A model generated the notes under the pieces. The model saw only the letters and a list, made by a program, of their open reading frames with translations, did no database searches and was not told the DNA's origin. From Phyllobates terribilis (lineage: Eukaryota), in the NCBI RefSeq assembly GCF_046119375.1, contig NW_027362761.1, forward strand, positions 873,642,001 to 873,706,000: a stretch of DNA of 64,000 nucleotides, read 5' to 3'. Positions 24,837 to 38,570 of this stretch are shown here, in pieces (the first letter of the stretch is position 1; every line of letters begins with the position of its first letter). The translations under genes and the position numbers were made by a program.

Positions 24837-27800
24837 TGTGGTAGATAACTCACTCGGCTGCACACAGAGGTAGACACAAGTACGCCGTCTCTTTAAATCT
24901 TTGGTTGGTTTATTATAATATGGCATAAACCAGCCAACTTGTAGTGGCAGGGATTCTCCTGCTGAGAGTTAAGCAACTCCACATGGTTCAGGAACAGACA
25001 CAAGCTCCCTTCTAGAGCTTACTTCTCCAGACATTGAACTCTGAATGCCTCAGATGGCCCAGTATTTAAACTCCCCCAGACCACACCCTGCGGCGGAGAG
25101 ATATGGTGAATAACCTCCCACACTTCACAATGGTCATTCACAAAAAAGCACTTCCTTTTACTATGGATTTAACCCCTCTCAACAAAGAACATTCTGGAGG
25201 AAACTTAATGGTTTTAGTTCACTGAAGCCAACAGCCTCAGGGAAACATATCTCCCCTCCAGCACCTTACCAGTGACTTTGTCACATATCCCCGTCCGTGC
25301 CCAAAGCCGGGGATTTTGGCAACTTCACTCGCTAAGCAGGAAAGTATGAACAGGGCATCTGCATTACAATGTAGTTTCCCTGGCCTGTGCTCCACATGAA
25401 AATTAAAGTCTTGCAGTGCTAGAAACCACCTAGTTGCCCAGGCATTCTTCCCCTTCCTTTCACTCCTCCATCTCAGGGGTGCATGATCTGATACTAGCCT
25501 GTACTTTCGGCCCAACAGGTAGTATCTTAGAGTCTCAATTGCCCATTTGATGGCCAAGCACTCCTTCTCTACGATGGCATAGTTCTTTTCACAGGAGGAG
25601 AGTTTCCTACTCAGGAATAGGACTGGATGTTCGTCCCCATCTATTTACTGGGACAACACAGCTCCCAAACCGACCTTGGAGGCATCAGTCTGAACCACAA
25701 ACTCCTTAGTAAAGTCAAGCACTACTAAGACTGGCTGCTTACATAGGACGAGCTCCAACTCCTGGAATGTCATCTCCGCTTCAGGGGACCACTTGGCCAT
25801 CGACGTCTTTGTGCCTTTAAGAAGATCAGTCAGGGGGACAACTTTCCTGGTAAAATTCGGGATAAATCGCCGATAATACCCCACAATTCCTAGAAACGCC
25901 CGAACTTGCTTCTCGGAGTTCGGTTGCGGACAATTTCGGATAGCCTCCACCTTATTTACTTACGGCTTTATTTCGCCCCTTCCGACGATGTAACCCAAGT
26001 ATTTTGCCTCTTCCTTCCCGATGATGCACTTCTTTAGGTTTATCATAAACCCTGCCTTCCTTAGCGCATCCAGTACGGCCTGGACCTTCTGTAAATGACT
26101 TCCCCAGTCTGGGCTGAATATTACGATGTCATCCAGATGCGGCATACTTCTTATGAGAGACTAGGATCTGGTCCATGGCCCTCTGGAGGATAGCTGGGGC
26201 TCCCTGCTGACCGAACGGCATCCTGGTGTACTGAAAGCACCCATCAGGAGTAGAGAAGGCCATCTTCTCCTTGGCACTTGGGGACAAGAGAATCTGCCAG
26301 TACCCTTTTGTTAGGTCCAGGGTGGTAATATATCTGGCTGTCCCTAGCCTCTCAATAAGCTCATCGACACGGGGCATCGGATACGCATCGAACGTTGACA
26401 CCTCATTCAGCTTCCTGTAGTCATTACAGAACCGCCATTCTCCGTCCGGCTTTGGCACCACTTTGGTGCTGGACCAACCGCTCTTTGATTCCTCGATGAC
26501 ACCCAGGCTCTACATTCTCCTCACCTCCTTGGAGATTACCTCACGGCGGGTTTCAGGAATCCGATACGGCCTTTGATTCACCCTCACATGTGGCTCTGTC
26601 AAGATTTCATGTTCGACCACCTGTGTACAAAATGGCAGCTCTGAAAACAGGTTGTGGTTCCTGTGAAGCAGCTCTAGGCACTTTTGCTTCTGGGCCGGTG
26701 ATAGTGTCTCTGCCACTGTGACATCCTCGACTCGGGCTTCAGGATGGGCCCCCAGGCACGTAGCTTCCACTGGCTCCCTGTCTTGCTAAGGTTTGAGCAG
26801 GTTAACGTGGTATACCTGATACGGCTTTTTTCTTCCTGGTTGGTGGACCTTGTAGTTGACGTCGCTCAACTTTTCGACCACCTCATACGGCACTTGCCAC
26901 CTGGCCTCCAGGGCTGAACTATCTCAATCTCGCTGATCGATTGTAGATCCTTGCCTGGGCCTCTTGTGCCTGTAGGAGGCACTCCCTTACAACTGGCATC
27001 ACCCTCGTGATCCGGTATTGCATCTGGGCCACATGCTCTATGACGCTCCGGTGGGGTGCTGCCTCGGCTTCCCAGGACTCTTTCGCAATGTCCAAAAGTC
27101 TGTGAGGATGACGTCCATATAGTAACTCGAAGGGTGAGAACTCCGTAGAGGCCTGTGGTACTTCTCTAATCGAGAATAGCAGGTAGGGGAGTAGGCAATC
27201 CAGTCTCGGCCATCCTTCCCCACGACCTTTTTAAGCATGGATTTTAGGGTCTCATTGAAACTCTCCACCTAGCCGTCTGTCTGCGGATGGTATACTATCG
27301 TCCTGAGTTGTGTAATCTGGAGAGTCTTACACAACTCCCTCATCACCTTCGACATGAACAGAGTTCTCTGGTCTATCAGGATCTCCTTTGGCAGGCCTGT
27401 CTGGGAGAAGATATGGACTAGTTCTCGCGCTATACTCCGGGTAGAGGCGTTTCTCAGTGGTACCGCCTCCGGGTACCGTGTTGCGTAGTCCAGCACCACC
27501 AGGATGTATTGGTGTCCCTTAGCGGACTTGACTAAGGGCCCTACAAGGTCCGTAGCAATTTGTTCAAACGGGACCTCTATAATGGGTAACAGGACCAGGG
27601 GACTATGGAAGTGGGACACGGGAGCAGTTAACTGACACGTAGGACAGGACCGACAATAGTTGACCACCTCTCGATGACACCCAGGCCAGTAAAATCTTTG
27701 AAGGACCCGCTCCTGGGTTTTGTCTCCGCCCAGATGCCCACATGACATGAGAATGGGCTAGGTCTAGTACCCTACGCCTATAGGGACCTGGTACCAACAG

Positions 27801-29795
27801 CTGTTCTAACACTTCCCCTCTCTGTTTAGTGATCCGATATAGCAAATAATCATTCACTAAAAAATAGGGAAACCTGGTGTTAGCCCCCGGCTCTTGGGTA
27901 ACTCCATTTATCACCGTCACATTGTCCTATGCCCCTTTTAACGTATGGTCCTCCATTTGAGCAGTCCCAAAATTTCCCCCAGAACTCCCAACTCAGGAAT
28001 CTCAGCCTTTCAGTCTCGTTCTCGTCACCGGCAAGGTCTCACAGGGGAAATTCATTTGCCTCTGACTGCACTGAGGATTCAACATGGTGGAACTTTTTCT
28101 TGTCTACGTCACATGGTACGCCTGCTTTCCGCCATAAGTTCCAAAACAGGCTAAAGTCCTGCCCTATTATTATTGGGTGTAGCGGGCCCTCAACCACCCT
28201 GACCTCATGAGACTCAGCCTCACAGCCAGTTTTTATTATCACTCGGGCGATGGAGTAGTCCTTGGCGTCCCCATGGATACAGTGGACGCCCACATACTTC
28301 CCTGGGATCAACTGATGGGGGAGTGTGGCTTTACCAGGGTCACCAAACTTCCTGAGTCCAGAAGTCCCAACACCAACACTCCATTTATGGTCACAGGACA
28401 TGACTGTTGCCCCTCACAGGGCTGATAGTCCACACTGCAGGCGGGGTAGGCATAGTATGAACAGCGTATTCCTACACTGCAGTCCATCTGCTCAGAGGAC
28501 ATAGGACAATGGGCGGCTATGTGTCCAGGACCGTGACACCTCAAACAGATCAAGTCTTTCCCAGGGGCTTTTGGCAGACCCTCAGCAACCCCCTGGGACC
28601 TCTGACTTTCCCCCATTGGTGGCACTAATAGCCCTATTTTGGGACTCTGGCTCCCTCTGAGTACCCCAGTATGGGGATGCAACACCTCCCGGCTTATTTA
28701 GGGACCTCTTGACCACCTGGTATCTTTCTACGAGGCCGACCAGGTCATCTGCATTCCGAAGTCTCCCTGGCAACCCTGGTCTGCACCAGCCTAGGTAGGG
28801 AGTGAATAAACTTGTCCATCACGACCCGTTCTACCATTGGGCTGGGGTGGAGGACTCTGGCTGCAACCACTTCTGTACAAGATGGAGGAGATCGAACATT
28901 TGGGAGTGAGAGGGTTTATCACTGCAATGTGTCCAGTGGTGGACCCTTTGGGCTCTCACAGACATAGTCACTCCAGCACGTGCCAGTATCTCAGTCTTTA
29001 GCTTCAAATATTCCTGGGCATCCTGTAAGGCTAGATCATAATAAGCCTTTTGGGGCTCACCAGTCAGATAGGGGGCCAGCACCTCTGCCCACTGCTCCGG
29101 CGGAAGCTTCTCCCGCTCTGCCACCCTCTCAAACACACTCAAGAAAGCTTCCACATCATCGCCCGGGGTCATTTTTTGCATGGCCCGTCTTACCACTTTC
29201 TGGATGTATGAGTGATCACCTGGAGTGGGGGGAGGGGCTACCGGCCTCCAACGAGCCGCCTCTGCAAGCAATTCCATCTGCTGCTGCTGCTGTCATACCT
29301 GGTCATGTTGATACTGCTGCTGTTGGTGGATCTGTTGCAGCAGTAGCTTGCTTGTCTCCTGCTGGGCTAGCACCAGGTGCTAGATCAGGTCCTAAATACC
29401 GTCTATCTTAGTTTCCTGGCTTATGGTTGTCTTTATCCAGGACATGCGGTTTGTCCTCTGCTGCTACATGTGTCTCCTGGGGATATTCCACGCACTTCTA
29501 CCGCCATCTGTGGTAGATCGCTCACTCGGCTGCACACGGAGGTAGACATAGATATGCCGTCTCTTTAAATCTTTGGTTGGTTTATTATAATATGGCATAA
29601 ACTAACCTTTAGTCCGTGAAAATAAACACAGCAAGCTGGGCAGAACAGGAAAACAAAGCAAAAATGGTAACACAAAGAACACAGTCCTTGTAGTGGAAGG
29701 GATTCGCCTGCTGATAGCTAAGCAACTCCACATGGTTTCAGGTACAGACACAGGCTCCCTTCTTGAGCTTACTTCTCCAGACACCGACTCACTGC
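24837..29795 (-). mobile_element. Gmr1-like Gypsy LTR retrotransposon (SCAN-like gag, PR, IN, RT, RNase H), decayed
   Basis: 3' LTR 24837-25285, partial 5' LTR 29509 to about 29795. Gag KMTPGDDVEAFL, CxxC knuckle, LLDSGS protease, GHLG and IATDLVGP integrase, then RT (FCNDYRKLN, LDDIVIF) and RNase H (QTDASKVGLGAVL). Confidence 0.92.
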
Positions 29796-31159
29796 AGAAG
29801 CACAATGTGAATAGGGCTTTATATACTATTTTATGCTGTTCCAAACTATCCCAGTATACCAGCCAGACCTAGGCCAGAAGACGCTTTTTTTTTCTTGCAA
29901 ATCCTTTGCATGTCAATTTTTTCAGCATTTTTGCATCGTTTCTTTCTTATTCAAATGAATGGAAAACAAAAAGTAAGTGAAAATGCTGCTCACTTGCACT
30001 GAGCAATGCCGCGCTCATCTAGTCGGAATGTGATGAGAAGAATGCATATCACATACTTGCAGTTACGTGATCGCTGTAGCCAGCACCAGAGAATCTTCAC
30101 AGCATGCAGTACTCATATTGTGAGAATTCACAAATCTGCAGTAACATAGAGTGACTGAAGACATGCATCCTTGTAGCTTAAAACCAGACAACCTATTTAA
30201 CCATTAGGCCACGGCCCCACTATTAGTATTTGATCATTATTCGGTCAGTATTTTTTCTCAGGAGTGGGAGCCAAAACCTGGAGTGGGTGATAAATACAGA
30301 ATTGGTGACTTGTTTCTATTATACCTTTTCTCTGATTGTTCCTCACTTGTTTTTTCTTCCCACTCCTGAGAAAAAATACTGACCGAATACCGACCAAATT
30401 CTGATAGTAGGGCCGTTGCATTACAGTGTTGGTGGTGGAATATTTCAAGATTGAGGCCCCACTTTGAATTTCACCAAATTTGTCTAAAACTGATCCTGCT
30501 TCTTTATTTAACTGCGTGCTTACGTAGAAGAATTGACGATTAGATGCCACTTTGAAGACAAAGTGTGATCATACCAAATATATAGGTTTCTAATTTGTTC
30601 ACTTACTTTCTGTTTTGTTAATTGATAAAAAATAATCTATTAACACTCCTATTCTTGAAAGCATTCTTACGTTGCAGCATTTTTTCCACATGTGCCTAAA
30701 ACTATACATTATTGAGCACTAAATAATTGCATGCAAGTCTGTATATGGAGCTTTGCCTCTATAAAATGTAAAATGGAGAAGGGCTGAGACACTTCTTACA
30801 AGGAAGCTCCAGATTGTCAGTGTCCGCCACTGCAGGGTATAGTAATGACCAAGATTGGGAATTTTCCATTGTCTAACCATGATCCAACTTTCCTATGCAC
30901 TATGGTTTTAACACTTCCATGTTTTGGAATGTACACAAGGTCTATATGAGATGTTTGAGGGATTGAAATGTAGAGTTTGAGCTAAGAGAAATACAGAACA
31001 AGAATTTACTTGTTTGACCTCTTCTATATACTTTCTGGAATCTCAAAACAAATCTAATCCATCTTATCAAATAGAATAAAATGAGATATTTTTTTACAAA
31101 GCCTGTTAGTGCAAATATATGATTTTCCCTTCCGAAAGCTTGAGATGAACTTTCACATA

Positions 31160-32787
31160 CAGTACAGACCAAAAGTTTGGACACACCTTCTCATTTAAAG
31201 ATTTTTCTGTATTTTCATAACTATGAAAATTGTACATTCACACTGAAGGCATCAAAACTATGAATTAACACATGTGGAATTATATACTTAACAAAAAAGT
31301 GGGAAACAACTGAAAATATGTCTTATATTCTAGGTTCTTCAAAGTAGCCACCTTTTGCTTTGATGACTGCTTTGCACACTCTTGGCATTCTCTTGATGAG
31401 CTTCAAGAGGTAGGCATCGGAAATGGTCTTCTAACAATCTTGAAGGAGTTCCCAGAGATGCTTAGCACTTGTTGGCCCTTTTGCCTTCACTCTGCGGTCC
31501 AGCTCACCCCAAACCATCTCGATTGGGTTCAGGTCTGGTGACTGTGAAGGCCAGGTCATTTGGCGTAGCACCCCATCACTCTCCTACTTGGTCAAATAGC
31601 CCTTACACAGCCTGGAGGTGTGTTTGGGGTCATTGTCCTGTTGAAAAATAAATGATGGTCCAACTAAACGCAAACCGGATGGAATAGCATGCCGCTGCAA
31701 GATGCTGTGGTAGCCATGCTGGTTCAGTATGCCTTCAATTTTGATTAAATCCCCAACAGTGTCACCAGCAAAGCACCCCCACACCATCACACCTCCTCCT
31801 CCATGCTTCACAGTGGGAACCAGGCATGTAGAGTCCATCCGTTCACCTTTTCTGCGTCGCACAAAGACACGGTGGTTGGAACCAAAGATCTAAAATTTGG
31901 ACTCATCAGACCAAAGCACAGATTCCCACTGGTCTAATGTCCATTCCTTGTGTTCTTTAGCCCAAACAAGTCTCTTCTGCTTGTTGCCTGTCCTTAGCAG
32001 TGGTTTCCTAGCAGCTATTTTACCATGAAGGCCTGCTGCACAAAGTCTCCTCTTAACAGTTGTTGAAGAGATGTGTCTGCTGCTAGAACTCTGTGTGGCA
32101 TTGACCTGGTCTCTAATCTGAGCTGCTGTTAACCTGCGATTTCTGAGGCTGGTGACTCGGATAAACTTATCCTCAGAAGCAGAGGTGACTCTTGGTCTTC
32201 CTTTCCTGGGGCGGTCCTCATGTGAGCCAGTTTCTTTGTAGCGCTTGATGGTTTTTGCAACTGCACTTGGGGACACTTTCAAAGTTTGCCCAATTTTTCA
32301 GACTGACTGACCTTCATTTCTTAAAGTAATGATGGCCACTCGTTTTTCTTTACTTATCTGCTTTTTTCTTGTCATAATACAAATTCTAACAGTCTATTCA
32401 GTAGGACTATCAGCTGTGTATCCACATGACTTCGGCACAACACAACTGATGGTCCCAACCCCATTTATAAGGCAAGAAATCCCACTTATTAAACCTGACA
32501 GGACACACCTGTGAAGTGAAAACCATTTCCGGTGACTACCTCTTGAAGCTCATCAAGAGAATGCCAAGTGTGCAAAGCAGTCATCAAAGCAAAAGGTGGC
32601 TACTTTGAAGAACCTAGAATATAAGACATATTTTCAGTTGTTTCACACTTTTTTGTTAAGTATATAATTCCACATGTGTTAATTCATAGTTTTGATGCCT
32701 TCAGTGTGAATGTACAATTTTCATAGTTATGAAAATACAGAAAAATCTTTAAATGAGAAGGTGTGTCCAAACTTTTGGTCTGTACTG
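31160..32787 (-). mobile_element. Full-length Tc1 transposon with long TIRs; transposase (about 31323-32375) has stops
   Basis: TA-CAGTACAGACCAAAAGTTTGGACACACC ... GGTGTGTCCAAACTTTTGGTCTGTACTG-TA. WSDESKF, FQQDNDPKH, SPDLNPIE motifs. Confidence 0.95.
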
Positions 32788-34950
32788 TACATTCTGACAG
32801 AATGGGTGTTATATTAGCCGAACAATTAATAGGTCAAAACAAAAGACATTTCCTTCTAGACAGCAAAGGCCAAGTGATTTTCTATACCCCAAAAATATAA
32901 GACCAATTAACTTGTTATTATTCCCTTTATAATCTGAAAGTTAATAAATTACACATGACCTCTCACTAAAGAAACATATCTTCGTTTTTGGATTGGGTCC
33001 ATCTTCCTCATTTATCCCCTGATCAGCTGGCCTCTATTTCTTCTCATATTTCCATTAATGAAGTGATCAATACCATAAAATCCCTTAACCCTTCAAATCC
33101 CCATGCCCAGATGTCCTCTCTAAATCTTACTTGACACATCGTTTTTGGCATTTATTCTGACTTGTACAGAAAAATAGCATCATTTTCTTGTATTTTTGCA
33201 AAAAAAAAATGCAAGACAATGCAGGCTTACAATACTCTTCTGAGCCAAAATAATAGAGTGGGATATTAATAAATTCTGGGAAATATTATGACTCCTATTT
33301 GCCTCCCCCATTTCTTCCACACACAAAATATACCTGGTGCAACTTGACCTAAAATTCTCATACATTTTGCTTAGTATATCTCCCCTATAGTGTGCCACAT
33401 AAAGATAGACTTGCAGAGCAGAGCTAGTACCCATAAAATGCCAGCCATTGGTTTAATAAAAAAAAAGCCACACTGCTCTAAGTTGATTATCTCATTCCAT
33501 TTGTCTAGGGACCGTAGAGGAATTGTAATGAAATACACGCCTGTATTTGTAACATGGAATTAATAGAAAACGTCTTTCTGTTTTCTAAAAATGCTGTAAA
33601 AAGGTTGTCAATTATTTTCACATAAACACAAGAGGTGATAAATGTTAGATCTGTGGGGATTCTGCCATTGAATTCCCAACCGATCAATAGGTTATGGGAT
33701 CTCTGTCTTTCACCACCACATCAGCTATGGGTAGAGATGAGTGGATTTTTTAAAATTAGAATTTGCCAACTTGGCCAAATTTTCCCCAAAAAATTTTTTT
33801 GTGGCGGATCTCAATACAGGAAAACTTGTAATTGCTCAGAAAATACACGTGCAGGAGAGGAGAAAGACACACGGAAAAAACAGTACCGGGGCTATCCGTG
33901 TCCGTGTGTATGGGTGGCATCTGTGCGCCGTCTATGTGCATCATCCTTGTGACACGTACTGGAATAGAATGCAAAATAGAAAAGGCAGATGTTTAGGTGT
34001 TAGATATGCAAAGATAGCAATAAATAAACAAATATGTGGTAGGTAGATAAATAGAAAGATAGATATCCGTGAGATATATAATTAGTGCCTTGCGTGTGTA
34101 GTTTACTGTATTTGTAGTTAGCTAATAAATAAAAAATATTACATGGGGTCTAGTGAGGGGCGAGCACTAAAATACTCGGGTGCTTGTTGCTCGGGTCGAG
34201 CACATTGGAATACTCGGGTGCTCGACCCGAGCAACGAGCCCAATGTAAGTCTATGGGAAACTCGAGCATTTTTCAGGCGGCTACCTCCGGTGGTGTGCAG
34301 AGGGCCTAAAAATTGCCCAAATCGATGGGAACAGTGCTCAAATGACATGGGAACAGCATGGGGAAGACACCTGGAACCATTTATGACTCCCAGGTCACTG
34401 CTGTCCACAGTGTTGTCAGAGTTATTACGCCACTTTTGGGGACTCACAATTAGTGTTGAGCCACCCCCGTAGTGTTCGAGTTCGGTTCGGTTCGTCGAAC
34501 ACCCGTGTGTTCGCCGAACTGTTCGTCGAACTGTTTGTCGAACACCTTCGAACACCGTTAAAACCAATGGCAGGCAAACAAAAACACATAGAAACACATA
34601 GAAAACACCTTCAAAGGTGTCCAAAAGCTGACAAACTGCTCAGAAGACACAACTAACACATGGAAAAGTGACAAGTACATATAGTCATGCGAAAAGAAAA
34701 GAGGTGGAGGAGTAAAAGGAGGGGGAGACACAGATATAGGCATGTCATGCCCTTCTAAAATCCAAAAAGTGAGAAGCCGAGACGGCCAGTCCGCTCCTGC
34801 CCGTGCCACCTCCGTGTCGCCGGGTTTGTGCCAGAGCCGCGGTGAACCCTGACGGCCAGCCCCCCTCTCCCAATACTGGTGCCTGTCCGCTGGTGGGTCG
34901 AGAGAGCCCCCCTGTGGTGGAGGCAGCTCTAAGCTTTTTAATTTAAATTG

Positions 34951-35220
34951 TCCCTCTAATTTAAATGAATACACTTTAAATCCATTTACAAGGATCTATT
35001 GGAGGGCAAGTCTCATGCCAGCAGCCGCGTAATTCCAGCTCCAGTAGCGTCCACTAAAGCTGCTGCAGTTAAAAAGCTTTTATAAGGATCGAGCTCGGCT
35101 GTCCACCGCAAGGCATCCTAGTGCCAGTCCCAGCCCCTATGCCTTGGGGTGCCTCCTGATGCTCTTCACTAAGTATCCCGTGGTCCCGAAGCATTTCCTT
35201 TGAAAAAATTAAGTGTCCAA
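34951..35220 (+). pseudogene. Degenerate 18S rRNA fragment (helix 18 into V4)
   Basis: ACACTTTAAATCC...GGATCTATTGGAGGGCAAGTCT..TGCCAGCAGCCGCG-TAATTCCAGCTCCA...GCTGCAGTTAAAAAGCT...GATGCTCTT...CCCGAAGC...TTTGAAAAAATT is collinear with vertebrate 18S as I recall it. Confidence 0.9.
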
Positions 35221-35332
35221 ATTACAGGTGGTGTAGCTTGCTTAACAGCCGGGATAATCCGCTGACTAGCAGACACTGCTACTAGGCACAAAGTATTTCC
35301 TGGGCTAGATGCAGTTAAAAATTTGTAAGTAG

Positions 35333-37150
35333 ATACTCTCGTTGGATGCTGAGAAAGCATTCCATAGAGTCTCCTGGCACGCCATATATGATTCTCTTAA
35401 AAAGCTTGGGGTAGGGGTCTAGGGGACCCTTTTATAGCCAAAATCACGGCCCTGTATCACAATACGTCACCTAGGCTGAAGATAAATGGAACTGTAGCAC
35501 CGAGGGCTCGGTTGCTACAGACGTATTGCACCTCACCCAGAGGTGTGATATCTCACTCTCAGATAAGGATGGAGTGTGGATCAGGACCCGACACCTGCAT
35601 GCATTACACCACATTGCCGTGGGGCAGGGCGACCAATATGCCCCTGAGATGGGCACGACAGTCCCTGTCCCTGGCTGGAGTGGGGGGAGGGAACACTGAG
35701 GAAGGGGAACCCTGCAGTGCAGGAGCAGGGAGGAAGCAGTTCCTGGGTGCATTGAGAAGGGAGTATAAAAGGTGGGCACCATCTTAGTTCAGTGCAGAGA
35801 AGTCTGAGCAGAAGTGGCAGGGAGCAGGGGCTCTGCATGAGCTCTGCTCCGGAGGCGGGCCTAGTAACAGAGGCCCAGGCCTGCAAGAGGGAGAAGGAAG
35901 GAAGAGGAGCGGAGAAGGCTCCAGGAATGAGGAATGAAGGGATCCCAGGGGTGCGGACGGGCGAGTCGCCACCGCACGCCCGAATCCACCTGCGTGGAGG
36001 GGTCAGGCCAAAGGGGGAGACCGGTCCCCGAACTAGTGGAGGCAGGAAACGACCCTCAGCTAGAAACCGGAGGCTCTGACATTTTATGTGGCGCAGCCCC
36101 TTGCTCCACCCGCTAGGAAGGCACCACATAGGGTCAGGGAAACTGGCGCCAAGTTTACCAAGAGGAGGCCCGAGGCAGCCGGACAGAAGTGTTGGTAAGA
36201 AAGGCCAGACAAAGGACACACAAAGGGGGTCCTGTGAAGCGCTCCAAAGTTATCTGGGAGTTGTCTGAGCCCCTCACCTGGTGAGCACAGTACGACGTGG
36301 GCAGCCGTTACCTGCAGACGTGGTCTGGATAATAAGAACTGTGAGTAAAGGCCCTGAACTGCATCACTGACTCCGTGTCGTTACTGCTGCTGCCCTGCAC
36401 CATCACCCCCATCCTCCGCATACACTGCCCTGAGGCTATACTCCTCCCGTGGGGAGTTATGCTACGCTCTGCTGCACCCACAACACCAGCCTTAGCGGTC
36501 TGCCCTGTAGCGGCGGTTCACTCTGACCGCAATCCACGGGTGGCGTAGTCAGACATTTAAACATCAAAACCACATAAATAGTTCCGCCACTGGTTTGACC
36601 GCCCTGAGCCACGGAACCGGATCGCCGCCACGAAGACTACAACCACCAGCATCCACCAAAAAGGGTCCGGCTCCGGGTGTCCCAAGGCCCAGGGGGTGCG
36701 TCAGAACATTTTCATCACCTTTCACAATCACCAATGGGACAAGGCAGGGATGTCCTCTGTCCCCTCTCTTATACATCCTAGTGACGGAGCACCTGCTCTC
36801 ATCAATTCGCCATAACCCCAATATTAGGTGGATTGAGGTGGGAGGCACCGAGTACAAGTGCTCTCTATTTGCTGATGATGTCCTAGTATATATCACTCAA
36901 TCACATATATCCATCCCTGCTGTTATGGCTGAAATAGATCACTTTGTTACATGGTAAAATTTTAAAATCAATGCAGCGAAGTCTGAGGCCCTCGATGTCT
37001 CCCTCCCTAAATCCATATAGGATTCCATCCAGTCCAACTTTCCCTTTGCCTGGCCCTCACAGGGTATCAAATACTTAGGAATTCCTATTCATAGAGACCT
37101 CTCCCATCTATGTTATCTTAATTTTGGGCCCTTTATTGAACAATTCCATA
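35333..37150 (+). pseudogene. L1-clade RT fragment, split by a solo LTR
   Basis: LSLDAEKAF before the LTR. Reading KINGT|FSSPFTITNGTRQGCPLSP is restored across it. LFADDVLV and KYLGI follow. Confidence 0.88.
35493..36703 (+). mobile_element. Gypsy solo LTR (family B-related)
   Basis: TGTAGCACC...GGGGTGCGTCA with perfect TSD GAAC. 3' part matches 19101-20146. Confidence 0.92.
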
Positions 37151-37225
37151 CAGACCACGGTTGGCAAGTTAGAACTGTAAGATTCACTACGTGAACCACT
37201 GGTGTTTTGTGGAAAAGCACATGTA

Positions 37226-38570
37226 CACCGCGTTCCAAATTATTATGCAAAAAGTGTTTAGGAGTGATAAGGGAAGAATTTGTTTGTTTGTCAGTTAAAC
37301 TCATTGATGGTGATGTGTGTCAGGGCTCTTTATATCACTGTAAGCAATTGCAGACACCTGTGCTAATTAGTTTGGCAGGTGTGTCCAATGAAAGGCAAGA
37401 CTACTTAAGAAGGCTCTCTCACATTATTAAGCAGCCTACATTTTCTGCCAAAATGGGAAAGAAAAAGGATGTGTCGGCTGCTGAGAAGCAACAAATTGTG
37501 GAGTGTTTAGGTCAAGGCATGACTACAATCAACATTGTGCGATGATCAGGATGAAGTGTCTTGGCAATCAAGAAGTATGTAGCTGATTCACAGTACACAC
37601 GTGTGTGTGCTGATAAGGGCAAATTGAGGACTCTTTCCTACAGGCAATTACGTCAGGTTGAAACAGCAGCGGCAAAAAAGCCTTGTCATAGCAGCAGACA
37701 AGTTTTTGAAGCTGCTTGTGCCTCCAACGTCCCCCGAACAACAAGATGCAGGGTCCTTCAGAGGTTTGCAGCTGTGCATATGCCATCCTGTCGACCTCCT
37801 CTATCCACTTCACACAAGCAGAAACGGCTCCAGTGGGCCAAACATTACATGAAGACTGATTTCAAAACTGTTTTGTTCACGGATGAGTGCCGTGCAGCGC
37901 TCGATGGTCCAGATGAATGGAGTGGAGGATGGCTGGTTGATGGACACCCCACGCAAACACGGCTACAGCGCCAACAAGGAGGAGGTGGAGTAATGTTTTG
38001 GGCTGGAATCATGGGGAGAGAGATTGTCGGCCCCTTTAGGATCCCTGAAGGCGCTAAAGATGAACTCCATAATGTATGTGGATTTTCTCAAACAGCACTT
38101 CCTGCCATGGTTCAAGAAGAAGAACCGTGTATTTCACAGCAAGATCATTTTTCTGCATGATAATGCACCATCTCATGCTGCACATAAAACATCTGCATCT
38201 CTGGCTGATATGGGCATAAAAGGGGACAAACTTATGGTGTGACCCCCATGCTCCCCTGACCTCTACCCCATTCAGAACCTTTGGAGCATCATTAAAAGGA
38301 GTGTCTATGATGGCGGGAGGCAGTTCACATCTAAGCAACAGCTCTGGGAGGGTATTCTGTCCTCATGCAAAACAATTGAAGCAGAAACCATCCAAAACCT
38401 GACAAATTCAATGGACGAGAGAGTTCAGAAGCTCCTTTCGAACAAGGGGTCCTATGTGAAAATGTAACATCACCTAGAATAAAGTTTTGAGTTGAAAACT
38501 GTTTGATTTCAGTTTCTAACAACCTGCTAATGCTTATAATTTCAAAAATGACCATTTTTTTGGTCTTTAT
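37226..38570 (+). mobile_element. Tc1 transposon lacking its right TIR; transposase (about 37453-38468) frameshifted
   Basis: TA-CACCGCGTTCCAAATTATTATGCAAA. MGKKKD start, VLFTDECR, FLHDNAPSH, SPDLYPI motifs. Confidence 0.9.

Noticed and set aside
34951-35220. Functional 18S rRNA gene
   Set aside because: Only about 270 nt, with substitutions and indels in conserved positions and no adjacent rDNA.
35298-35325. Origin of the 110-bp unit from 18S (shared TGCAGTTAAAAA)
   Set aside because: Only a 12-nt low-complexity match, too short to support homology.
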